A stretch of 63,737 bases of DNA, filler included, from Guillardia theta CCMP2712 (lineage: Eukaryota; Protista; Cryptophyta), in assembly GCF_000315625.1 (NCBI RefSeq). It is 5 parts of 5 records of this genome, joined end to end, with 100 filler letters (N's around TTAATTAATTAA, not from the genome) between each part and the next. Parts side by side here need not be neighbours in the genome. Positions count along the whole stretch, not along the records: positions 24,630 to 53,895 come from NW_005434515.1; 4 more parts are not named here. The stretch is one strand, 5' to 3'. The translations under genes were made by a program, and so were the position numbers. This document shows, piece by piece, positions 34,554 through 50,139 of the stretch (positions are counted from its first letter, which is position 1; each line of letters opens with the position of its first letter). The notes under the pieces were generated by a model that saw only the letters and a list, made by a program, of their open reading frames with translations, did no database searches and was not told the origin of the DNA.

Positions 34554-35939
34554 AGCTGCAATATAGGTAGGAAAGAGGGTGAGGAGGGGAGGAGAAGATT
34601 GAACGCTGAGACGGCTCTAATGCACTGAGAAAACAAGCGTGCTGAAAGAAGGCTAACAACTGTGAGAGAAGAACGAAGGTGGAGAAAGTTTGTACGAGAT
34701 GGAGGAAACGAGAGGACGGAACCTTATATGAGGGGGGAGGTCGGAAGCGATCTCACCATTCCAGGGTCGTGGAGGTGGGTCGTGTCTGCCAAGAAGTAGA
34801 AGGAAAAAGGTATGGGAAAAAGGTAGATGAAGTTATATGTCAGATACTAATACAAAAAGGTCCGCATATCCTCCTGGAGTGTCAAGGCTACCTGATCTCC
34901 TTTACCTACTGTCTTCAAACTCGATTTACTGGGGGTGGGGGGTGGTAGTTGTGGTTGAGATTCGTGGAGGTTATGTAGTGAAGGAAGTGGGTGGGGTGGG
35001 GTAAGGTTCATTTAAACCGTTTTGTACCCCAAAAGATCTATTTTCGAGGAGATCAGTCTACTAATGGTATCTCAGAAAACCTAAGAGTCTGAAATAGCAA
35101 CTTTTCGGATACAAGAGACTCAAGATAAGGGATCAAACGTTGGGTTTTCTTGATCTGCTGACGATGTGAGGTCACGGCATCCAGACCGCAGCCCCCTGCA
35201 GCAAACCCGCGATTTTTCAGGTAAAGATTTGAAAGTTTGAAATCTGCTAGAAAGGACAAGGAGGAAAGAGTTGATATCGTATGCACTAGATTCAATTGTT
35301 TTTACTACTTGAATCGTATGAAGCCTCTTCAGTTCTGAGTCTCAATGGCCCCACCCCTCAACCACCCCACTGATATCGCATGGAGTTCCCCACCTACCCC
35401 CCCTATAAACCTTTAAGTATGATAATTATCCTCCCCCACCCCCCACCCCGACTTTTCCAAGATTCAGATTTGATCAGGGTGTCGTCGAGATCGCTCAGAT
35501 CGACTTTCCAGTACCGCCCATTTTCGATACATTTTGACCAAAGTTCTCCACAAATTTCACAGTTAAACGGGAAAAAATCAATCTCTTTCAGAAAATCACG
35601 ATTGATTCCCAACTTCAATCCTGAATGACGGTAATGGTACGGATACGACCGTACTCCACCAGTCAAGTCAGATACCGCGATCTCGGTGCCCTGCACCTGT
35701 GTTGCTGTACCCAAGCGACCTCCCGTCCTCGAAACGTTTCTTCTTCACAAGAATTGGTAACGTAAATATTATTTGACGCACGAAGAGGTGTATTCGAAGG
35801 TCCGAGAGCGATCTGAGATCGTGTCACACGGTATCTCTTTTGAAACGATTAGTCTTTGAGACGATGCGATATGAAGGTATCTCAGACCTGGAGATCTCCC
35901 GACTTCTTGTTTGTAAAACCAATCAAACCTAGCCTACTG

Positions 35940-36760
35940 AGCTGGTCACCGGGTGCGGCTGAGTTCCCGCACAGCCCGGCGCAGGGGGCCGAGCCGGCGA
36001 CAGTGAGCCGCCGGGCCCACCGGGCGGCCAGCCGCGCCGCGAGGCTGGCAGCCGTCCGGCGGAACCGTCTCGTGTGAAGTTCCCTGAGCCTGGTGACTCG
36101 GACTCAGGGCCCGCCGGGCCGCCGCCCGGCAGTGGCACCAGGCGCGGCCGCCTGAGCTCCGACCGTACGCCGGAGGCCCTCCGCCCGCCGGCCGGCGGCC
36201 GCGGGGCCCGCCGCCGCCGAGCCTGATGGTAGTACGGTAACGGGAAGTTAACTTGGCTTGAGGTACGGTAACACCCTCGTCCACACGTGGTAGTAGCGGT
36301 GCAAGCGCTGGAAGATGCTGGTCTGCATGCCAAGCTCCAGCACGAGGGTGGGATTGTAAAACCTCCGACGAGGCTCGGAATCGGAAGCTTGCCAAGTTGA
36401 AGGACGGCCGGGCGGTAGGCGGTACTGCCTCGCCCGCCGCTGATACCCGGCGTCAGGCTGCGGGCCGCCGCGGCGCCGCGCCCGCCGGGCCCGGGCCGGC
36501 CGGGCCGGGCCATCACCGTGACTCGCCGCGGTGACGGCCCGCGCCGGTCTCACTGCCGGGCCGGCCCGGGGCCCCGGGCCGCCTGCCGCCCGGTCACCGG
36601 CCGGGGCCCGTGCCATGATCGGATCCCCGGGGCCGCCCGGCTCGGATCCGGCGCCGCGGCGCGTCGCGGCAGTCCGGCCCGCCGGTGACCACCGTGCCGC
36701 AGTGCCGCACGGTCTGTCAACCGTCAGTCGCGGCTCACCGTGGAGTCAACGGGCGGCCCA
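35940..36760. repeat. GC-rich palindrome-dense intergenic element
   Basis: Dense CCGG/GGCC/CGCG runs; the ORFs here are low-complexity A/G/P/R. Confidence 0.55.
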
Positions 36761-37003
36761 CTGCATCGAACTTTCAAGGCCGCTGCTTCATTCGGAATCA
36801 TCAGGAATCATTGAGAGCCTGAATCAGTCAGGACTGGCCAAAAATAAATTCTACTATACTATACTATAGTTACACGCATCAGATCCGAGGCTGCCAGTCC
36901 ACGGAACTGACTACCGTTTTCGGAAGTCAACTTGGCAACTCCGAAACTTTGGCCTTGGGCCCCTGCCACCATCAGTACTACGGTATGCCCGTGAGCCTCT
37001 CAG

Positions 37004-37966
37004 TCATCGTCTTGGCTTCTCTTTGCCTCTTCCTTTCCCCTTTCCTTTCGACGCCGCCGCAGCAGCAGCAGCAGCCGCCGCCGCCAATTTCTTTTTCCTG
37101 TCATCTACCCGCAGCTGAGCTGCCGCCATCTGAGCATGAGTGCGCGCATTCTTGTAGCAGCTGGCGGTTTGACCAGCATCAAAGCCTGATCCCAAGGTTT
37201 TGCCATCTCCAGTGAAGTACTCCAACGTCATCCCTCCATCTGCTAGGTTCTCCACGCCCTCTTCTGCTCCCATCATGAGCGAGACCGCCAGCTCTGTGTG
37301 GCCTTGCATGGCTGCCAAGTGCAAGGGGCTCCATCCATTGGACGCTGTGATGTTGACGTCTGCTGCCGCTCGGAGGAGGAGCCGGGCGGCTTCGACGTTC
37401 CCGTTGGACGCGCTCAAGTGCAGCGGCGTCCACATTAGCTCCTTGGAGTGCGCGTCCATCTGAGCACCGGAGGAGAGGAGCAGGGCGATGGCATCCTGGC
37501 AGTCGTGCGCGCATGCGAGATGCAGGGGCGTCCAGCCCTCCCGGTCCTGCACGTTGACGTCTGCCGCACTCCTGATTAGGAGTTTCGCCATGTCGTACTC
37601 GCTAGAAGCCACCGCATGATGGAGAGCTGTCCAACCCCTGGCGTCTTGGCTGTTGACTATGGCGCGTCCGTGTTGGAGCTGGAGGAGGCGGTGAAGCTCG
37701 GGCATGCTCCCGTTCTTGATGGCGGCTGTCAGCTGCAAGTCTGGCCCCGTGACTATGATCTCCTCCCCATCGAAGACGTTGAGAGGAAGAGGAGGCTCGC
37801 GCTCTTTGGCTCGCTCCTCCGACTTGGCGAGTTCCAGCAGACCTTTCATCTCTCCCAGCCTCTTGACAAACTCTTCTATCGTTCCCATGCCTCCTTCCCT
37901 ACTGTCAACCCACGAGATAACATTCCGGCACAGTGACCGCAGATGTTCTTCATACGTAGCATCCAC
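37004..37966 (-). CDS. Ankyrin-repeat protein (4 repeats)
   Basis: GWTALHHAV, GWTPLHLAC, MWTPLHLSA and GWSPLHLAA, with ADVN spacers. Confidence 0.92.
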   Translation of the reverse strand: MDATYEEHLRSLCRNVISWVDSREGGMGTIEEFVKRLGEMKGLLELAKSEERAKEREPPLPLNVFDGEEIIVTGPDLQLTAAIKNGSMPELHRLLQLQHGRAIVNSQDARGWTALHHAVASSEYDMAKLLIRSAADVNVQDREGWTPLHLACAHDCQDAIALLLSSGAQMDAHSKELMWTPLHLSASNGNVEAARLLLRAAADVNITASNGWSPLHLAAMQGHTELAVSLMMGAEEGVENLADGGMTLEYFTGDGKTLGSGFDAGQTASCYKNARTHAQMAAAQLRVDDRKKKLAAAAAAAAAAASKGKGKGRGKEKPRR

Positions 37967-38309
37967 TTTGATGCCGCCGATGTCCAGATTCTATGAAGTA
38001 AAATCATTGGATCCATCTCATCTCCTTCAACATCAACATCAACATTTCTGTCATCACATCCATCATTATCGTCTCTATCACCATCAGCATCTCCATCATC
38101 TCCATCATCATCGTCTCCATCACCAACGCCGCCTCCTCCTCCTTCATCTCCTTCATCCATGTTCCTCTCGTTCATCGTACCTGCATAGTTTGTCTTGCGA
38201 AGTCTCTCGCCTCCTCCCTTGCTTTTCTTCGCTCCTCCTCTACCGCCATCGCCACTGCTTTGGCTTTCCCCGCCATTTTCCGTTTGGCCCGGCGCAGCCC
38301 GCAGAGACC

Positions 38310-40032
38310 ATGAGAGGGCAGCAAAAAAGAAGAGGAGGGAGAGGGAGGGGGGAGGCTGCTGCCCTCCTGGTGTGTCCAGTCATCGATGATGCGACAATGA
38401 CGACGAAGACGAGGAGGGGGACGACGAAGACGAGGAGGGGGAGGAGGAGCTACCCTCCCCTCTCTCTCCTTCTCCTCTTGCTTGCTGTCTGTCATGCTGC
38501 TTTTACTTCAGCACAGCTCGTGCCATGGCGTCAGGAGGAGGACGAGAGTGTGCTCGAGGGCCTGCTGTCGCACTCCAACCTGCTCACAGCCGTCGCCTAC
38601 TTTCACAGCGTAAGTGAAAGCACGAGGATATGAGAGAGAGGAGAAAGAGGGCGGGGGCGGGGGTGGAAGAGGAGGGGAGAGGGCGGGGGGGATGGGGGGA
38701 TGGGGTGGGGGGAGGGAGGTGACGAGATCTGGCAGGATTGCAGTGCCTGGAGTCTGTTCGCAGCTGAATGGGATGCAGCTGCTGCCCATCTCCGCCACCT
38801 CGTCGGCTTCGTCTCTCTCAACATCGACCAGGCGCCTCGAACAGCCTCCAAGTATCTGAAGCGACAGGAGGGGAAGGTAAACTTGAAGCCTCTCCCTTTA
38901 GTCTCTCCCTCTCCTCTAGCCTCTCCCTCTCCTCTAGTCTCTCCCTCTCCTTCTAGCCTCTAGTCTCTCTTCCTTTCCACTCTCCTTTCCACTTACTTGC
39001 CTCGTCAGGCTCATCCAACAGTTTTGCTCTTCTTGCCCAGGGTTGAGGGAGGAGGGCATCGTGTTGTGCGAATGGACACGAGGAGAACGAGGAGGAGGGA
39101 CGACATCCTCGTCTTTCTTACCTCCCACATGCCCGACTACGTGCAGGTGAGCTGCGCATCAGCCTCCTCCTTCTCATTCCTCGCAGATGCTCAGAGACAA
39201 GGACGCGAGTCACAGCCGCTTCCTCGCCCATCCCATGCCGAAGCTCGTCTACATTGCAGATCAGGTGCTAGCTCTTCCTCCTCCTCCCTCCTTCCTCTCC
39301 CTCCCTCCCTCCCTCTCTCCCTCCCTCTCTCCCTCTCTCCCTCCCTTTCTCCCTCCCTCCCTCCCTCCCTCCCTCCCTCCCTCCCCTCCTAACCCTGTAG
39401 CAGCTTCATGTGCTCCCGATATTCAAGGCACTGTCTGCTGAGTTCCGAGAACAAGTAACCATTGGAGAGGTTTGATTTGGCGTCCCCCTCCCATCCTCCC
39501 TCACGCTCCTCTGCAGGTTCGTCGATCTGAGTTCGCTGTCTTCCGCCAGTACGGACCGGACGCGCTTCCTTCTTTCCTGCAGGCGCGTCCTTGTCGTGCA
39601 GCCGTCAACTCACAGTCTGTCAGGTGGTCGAGAACTCACAAGGCAGGATGATCGCGCTCCTAGCTTACGACTTCACTCGCAGCAATGCCATGTGATTGCT
39701 CCTTGTTTCCTCCTCGCCCACAACTTCCTCCCCCTCCCTCCCTTCCCTTCTCTCCTCCCCGCAACCCCCTCCCTCCTCCCTCATCTTCCATCCTTCTCAT
39801 CATCACCCGTAGGTCCTTTGCCAGCATCGGCTTCTTCGTCAACCTCGCGGCGAAAGAGGTAGCTGCCGTCGCTGCCTCTTCCTCCCTGACCGCCTGCAGT
39901 GGCGGCAGATCAAGTGAAGGATGGCAAGCAGCCTCCCTCAGCATGCCAATCAGCACCCTTGACATGGCGGATCAGCCGATAGCGCGGGGGAGGGGAGGGG
40001 AGGGGAGGGGGAGAAGGCGAGGAGAAGATTGA
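38310..40032 (+). CDS. Secretory thioredoxin-fold (PDI-like, no CxxC) protein, multi-exon
   Basis: Signal-like LSLLLLLLAVCHA. AVAYFHS/DCSAWSLFAAEWDAAAAHLRHLVGFVSLNID, HPTVLLF, DILVFLTSHMPDYV, LPIFKALSAEF. Confidence 0.6.
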
Positions 40033-40074
40033 GAGCGCGCGGAGTTTGAAGTAAATTTCAGGAGGGGAGGAGGC

Positions 40075-44231
<4,157 letters not shown>

Positions 44232-45018
44232 GTTGGTTTCCAGTCAAGTCGGTGAAGTAAGATACTCTTTAGATCATTCCCCAGGTAGCTTCTTCATCCC
44301 TTTGATTTCTCACAGATATCTTTCCTCACTCTCCTTCTGTTGCTTCCCTTCTGTAGTCAAACCTCCCCTCCCTCCCTCCCTCCCTCCCTCCCTCCCTCCC
44401 TCCCTCCCTCCCTCCCTCCCTCCCTCCCTCCCTCCCCTCCCCTCCCTCCCTCCCTTCCCACTCCCTTCCTGGCCTATCATTTTGTATTTTGGCGCGCTTT
44501 CTTGGGAAACACTTCACAATCATTCAAAATAGATACATATTATTTCAAATCTTGACACAAAATTTATTCATTGCTGAGAACCAATCCCACAAGCAGAGTA
44601 GCTTCGGGCCGGCGGACTACTCGGCCCGGCCCGGGTCACTGAAAGTCTCGGGCTCAACTGGACACTTTCAAAGTTCTTCTTCACCCCCCCTCTCTAGTGC
44701 CTCAGCGGGTAGATGAGGGGGTAGGGTGATCATATTGTTATATCCGGGCATCCGGAGACGAACTTGAGGGAGGTGGGGGGTACCAAATGTGGGGTGGTAA
44801 GTGCTATAATTTACATTTGAAGGGGTGGTAGGAAGATGATTTTGAGATCTGATTGTCTATAGGGGGTTATTGCCCTATTTACATCAGGAGAAAGAGAGGG
44901 TGGGTCCAATTGTAGGGGTAGTATCACAGTCCAGGGGTGATGTTTGAGCGAGGTGGGGTGGGGAAGCGAGAGCTTGACGTGGGATGGCGAAACGTGAAAA
45001 CGCAAGAGGTGGAGAGGG

Positions 45019-45028
45019 TGAGAGAGAC

Positions 45029-45111
<83 letters not shown>

Positions 45112-45112
45112 C
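45019..45112. repeat. (AG)n microsatellite flanking a gap
   Basis: Direct reading of the sequence. Confidence 0.95.
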
Positions 45113-45613
45113 GNNNNNNNNNNNNNNNNNNNNNNNNNNNNNNNNNNNNNNNNNNNNNNNNNNNNNNNNNNNNNNNNNNNNNNNNNNNNNNNNNNNNNNN
45201 NNNNNNNNNNNNNNNNNNNNNNNNNNNNNNNNNNNNNNNNNNNNNNNNNNNNNNNNNNNNNNNNNNNNNNNNNNNNNNNNNNNNNNNNNNNNNNNNNNNN
45301 NNNNNNNNNNNNNNNNNNNNNNNNNNNNNNNNNNNNNNNNNNNNNNNNNNNNNNNNNNNNNNNNNNNNNNNNNNNNNNNNNNNNNNNNNNNNNNNNNNNN
45401 NNNNNNNNGAGAGAGCGGTGGGGGGGGGGGGGAGGGTGACAAAATGATGAAAAGGTGTTGATAGGTAGTGATTTCTATGGGCGCAAGGTTCTGATCAAAA
45501 TCACTGACTTATGTTACAGACTTGAAGAAACGAGGAAGATCGTCCTTCTCCTTGCACAGCAAAACAGCGAGAGAGGAATGCCTTATTTCAGCTCTTGTCA
45601 GCCTCGTGACAAG

Positions 45614-48600
45614 ATGGATGGAGGGCATTTATGAGTGAGGGGAGGAACCTGATCAGCTCGCAGGGGATCGAGCGAAGTTGATGAGCTTGAGTCACTCGCA
45701 TCCCAATCGCCCCGTGTGGGTCCCTGACAGCACGGTGAGCGCATGCTCGCGATGCAAGTCTAGCTTCTCCTTCGAGCTGAGGAGGCATCACTGCCGGCAC
45801 TGCGGCCTCATCTTCTGCCACTACTGCAGCGCCAAGTCGCGGCCCCTCCTCCTCCTCGGCTATCTCGAGCCCGTCCGTGTCTGCGATCCCTGCTTCGAGA
45901 TCTGCTCCCTCCGTGACAGCCTGGTAGAGGCTGTGCGGCAGGCAGATGCTCGTACGACTCAGTTTCTTCTCGACCATCACAACCTCCGGGCTGACGACAC
46001 TACGGGAAGCCAGACGCCTCTTCTCGTCGCAGCGATCAAGGGAAATGCCGAGATCATGCGCATCCTGCTCGACCGAGGAGCCGACGTGGACGCGAGTTCT
46101 GTGACAGGCCGGAGCATGCAGGAGGTGGGTCAGTCTCCCAGGGGAGACTCGCCGCTTCACTACGCGGCGATCAATGGGGGGGAGGACTGCGTGGAGATGC
46201 TGCTGCTGCTGCAAGCCGATGTCAACCGTCGTTCCGCAAGGTACGGCGAGACACCGCTGCATAAGGCTATTCTGTTTGGGAGGACGGGAGTGGTGCGGCA
46301 GCTGCTCGCTGCTGGTGCTGACTGCCGCGTCGACAACGACCGGGGAGTGTCTCCTCTCCGACTTTGCGAGCTGCTGGGGGACGAGGACACTGCAAGGGTG
46401 CTGGAAGAGCACGGGTGAGGCTGTTTGCTCCTTGTGCTCTGCTGACCCTCAAATAGTGCGGAATGCACGAGAGTGTCGCCGGAGAGGATCATGTCGGGCG
46501 GGTTGAGCAGGAGCGAATGTGCAAAGCTGCTGTGGGACATCATCCTCTGCTGCTTCCTCTACAAACGACCCCGTCGAGCTCGGGTTGCTCTGTCGCAGCA
46601 CCTCCTCGCTGGTGAGCATGAACACTCCTCTCAACTCCTCCTCCTTCCTAGTCCTTGCCTGCCCTCCTGACAGTCTGAGGCAGTTCATCGGGTTGGAGGG
46701 CAAGTGGAAGCCTTCCTCCCTCAACTTTGTGATTTGGCGCTGCACGAGCCGACGGGGGATCCCTCGCTCAAGCACGCGCTGCTGCAGATGTCTGTGCATA
46801 GCTGCTCCCTCGCCTTCGCGATCTCCTCGTTTGTTCGATCCGTCCAGGTCGCTCCCCGCCCCCCTCGCTCTGAGCTGACGAGAGGAGACAGGAAGCAGCT
46901 CCCCGAGTCGCTCAGAACTTCCTCGAGATGATGGAGACGGTTGTCTTCGGAGCATCGTCACCTGAACGCTTTCCTCCTACCACTCTCCCTATTCCCTCTC
47001 CTGCTGAAGACTCACTGGGCATCGTTGACAACCCTAGCACACCGCGTTACAGGAGGTGCAAGCTCCTCTCGTTTCCACCCTCTTCTCCCTGAGCTAATGC
47101 TGCCTGTCCAGAAGTCCAGGGGGGTCCTCGTCGGCTGAAGTTTTGGCGGAGAGGAGAGAAGGGAGCAGCAAGGGAGAAGCAGAGGCAGCGGAGGAGCACG
47201 AAGAGAGCGTGGAAGGGCTTACGAGGGAGTACGGGAGGCTTCACTGCTCCTGGTCTGTCGCTCCAACGGCGAGGGAGCGACGTGCTCTGCTCCTGAAGTC
47301 GAACAAGTTCCTCCGCGTTCTCCGCGAGCTTGGGCACAAGCTGCGTGAAGTCAACCCGACCCTCCGCCATCGTGAGCTGCAGACAGCACTTGACAAGATC
47401 AACGACCGGCTGCCCCCTTGCCTCTACCTCCCCATCTTCCAGAGCCGCTTCTCAGTTTTTTGGATTCTCTCGATCCTCGCAGAAGAAGCCAAAGTCTTCA
47501 GGTGAGGGAGGAGTAGGTGGCGACGGAGGGGCTGAAAGGTGCGCAGCACAAACAAGCGCGCTCCCTTCTACTGCGTCGCAGAGATCGACATCGCTGTGGC
47601 GAATCGTCAGGGGCAGCTGCAGGAGGAGAACTTTCTGTTTCTCGACGAGCACATGTACTCCCTGCAGGAGAACGATCATTCTCATGAGCTTGACGCCCGA
47701 CGGCCTCCTGCCCGCAGCGTTGGGCCTGAAAGTGTGGAGGAGCGACGGGAGAGCGAAGAGAGGAGAAGCTGCATACTTTGTGAGGGGGAGGGAGGAGGAA
47801 GGAGAGCAGGAGAGGGGGCGAAGGGACGAGGGCTGCGGGCATCAAGAGGAGGAGGAGAGGAGGAGAGGAGCTTGTCTGATATCGTGGAGGCTGAGAGCTG
47901 GTGGCCGACGGGCCCAGGGCTCCCGACTGACGCCTCCTCCTCTTGTGGGCATAAGTCGCTCCTAGATGAGACGTACGGGGAGAGTTGGAGGGAGAAGCGA
48001 GGGAGGATACGTCGAAGCTCGCGGCATGGGGGGCGAGGAACGTGGGACCTGGTCGCGTTCATAGTGAAGAGCGGAGACGACTTGCGGCAGGAGCAGTTTG
48101 CGATGCAATTGATCTCTTGCTTCCACTCCATCTTCCGGTCCTGCAAGTCAAACCTCTGGCTGCGGCCATACCAGGTGACAAGCATAAAGACTAACCCAAG
48201 AAAGCGGCGAGGAGATGGAGAAGCTAAGCCGTGGGAGGGGGAAGAGGAGAGAAGTGGGAAGGAGGTGGTGATGGTGATGGTGATGCAGGTGGTGTCAACA
48301 GCTGACGACGCTGGGCTGATTGAAGTTGTTCCTGACGCCATCTCACTGCACGCGCTCAGAGACAAGTGGATCGCGATGAAGTGGGCACCGAGCGAGCAGA
48401 ATCTCTACTCTTACTTCCTCAAGGTTCTCTTGTTCCCCCTCTCAATTTCTCACAGAGCCATCTCCGTCCAACCACCACCATCGTCATTATCACCATCATC
48501 ATCATCATCATCATCATCCCCTAGCTCTACTGCAATCTCCTCCTAGCGGTCTGACGTGTTCTCAAACGTTTTTCCTCTCTTCGTGCAGGCTTACGGCCCA

Positions 48601-49983
48601 GAGCATTCTGCGTCTTACAAGCAAGCGCAGAGGAACTTCATTGAGAGCATGGCAGCATATGCGGTTGTCTGCTACATTCTCAAGGTAGACGAGGATTGAT
48701 GAAGCAGGGGAGAGGGAAATGCAGAGGGGAGACGGGGGAGGAGAAAGAGAGGGAGAGAGGAGGGGAAGGAGAAAGAGAGGGAGAGAGGAGGGGAAGGAGA
48801 AAGAAAGGGAGAGAGGAGGGGAAGGAGAAAGAGAGGGAGAGAGGAGGGGTCTGCGAGTCTCAGCAGGGGAACAGGTGAAGGATCGCAACGACGGGAACCT
48901 GATGATCACCCGCGCGGGTCATCTCGTCCACATCGACTTCGGCTTCATGCTCTCCAACACCCCCGGGAGACATGGCCTTCGAGCAGGCACCCTTCAAGCT
49001 CACCTCAGAATACGTCCAGGTAGACAGTGGGCGAAGGAGATCAGCCCAGCTGAAGGCCAGCAGGTGATGGGGGGGAAGGAGTCGGCGAGCTTCGCCTACT
49101 TCCGAGAGCTTTGCGTGCAAGGTGACCCCCGGCCTCCTCCTCCCTCCCTCCCTCCCTCCCTCCCTCCCTCCCTCCCTCCCTCCCTCCCTCCCCACGCCAC
49201 CTCCCCTCCTTCCTCCTCCTCCTCTCCCTCCTCCTCCTCCCCCTCCTCGTCCTTTCCCTCCTTTTGCTCCCCTCCTCATCCCTCTTCTTCCTCCTCCCAA
49301 CTTGATCTCCCACTACCTCCTATTTCATCTTCTCCTACTCGTCATTTCCCACTCTTTTTCCTTTTTAGTCTGCAGGCTCCTTATTGTCATTCACTCGTCA
49401 CTCTCCACAGGGTTTCTTGAAGTTCGCAGGCCACAAAATTGTCGGAAGATTCTGTTCCTCATCGAGATGATGTCGAGCGGTTTAGGAGGAGATCTCAGCA
49501 TGCCCTGTGTGGCTGGCCAGGTTTCCCCCTCCCCCCCCACCTCCACTCTGCTCCTGCTTCTCGTTCTCCTCTCGTCCTTCTGCCGTATTCTCTTCTTCCT
49601 GATTTCACCCTCTTGTCGTCATGTCACTCATTCGCTTTCTCTTCCTTTCAACTGATAAAGTCTCAGGCCACCAGCTCTCTTGTGCTCTCCATTAAAGAGC
49701 AGTAAGTCCTTCCCTCCCCCCCCTTCCCCCCCCCCCCCCTGCCGGCGCGGCCACTTCCCCTCCCCCTCGTCGCACGCTCTTACGTTCATCCCCTCCTCTC
49801 CCTCTCTCTCTCCTACGACCTTTCTTGCTGAGGGGTCACAGGTTCATGCTGAGGAGGAGAGAGGAAGAAGTTCGCGACTTTGTGCATCATCTAGTGGACG
49901 ACTCGCTTGACAACTGGTACACTCGCCAGTACGACAACTACCAGACCTTACAGAAGACTCTATCAAACATGTTCTTCTGGTGA
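45614..49983 (+). CDS. Type III-beta-like phosphatidylinositol 4-kinase with N-terminal FYVE and ankyrin domains, multi-exon
   Basis: FYVE WVPD..CSRC..RRHHCRHCGLIFCHYCS. Ankyrins TPLLVAA/SPLHYAA/TPLHKA. EAFLPQL, YGESW, FIVKSGDDLRQEQFAMQLI, GLIEVVPDAISLH, AQRNFIESMAAY, VKDRNDGNL..GHLVHIDFGFML, FEQAPFKLT, SLDNWYTRQYDNYQ. Stop at 49981-49983. Confidence 0.9.
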
Positions 49984-50139
49984 CCTCAGTCCCTCTCCCG
50001 TCTGTCTCCTCCGCCTCCTCCTCTTATCTCTTTGAAAACGCGAGCAAATAAATTTCCTAGTTTCACTGCGCTGTCGGTGATGGTACTTCTCAAGGGCCAG
50101 ATGGCTGCCGTGCTCAGCAGCTGAGGATATTGAGGAGGT

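Noticed and set aside
35929-36869. A/G/P/R-rich ORFs in the GC-rich block
   Set aside because: Stop-codon scarcity in very high-GC DNA; no domain signal.
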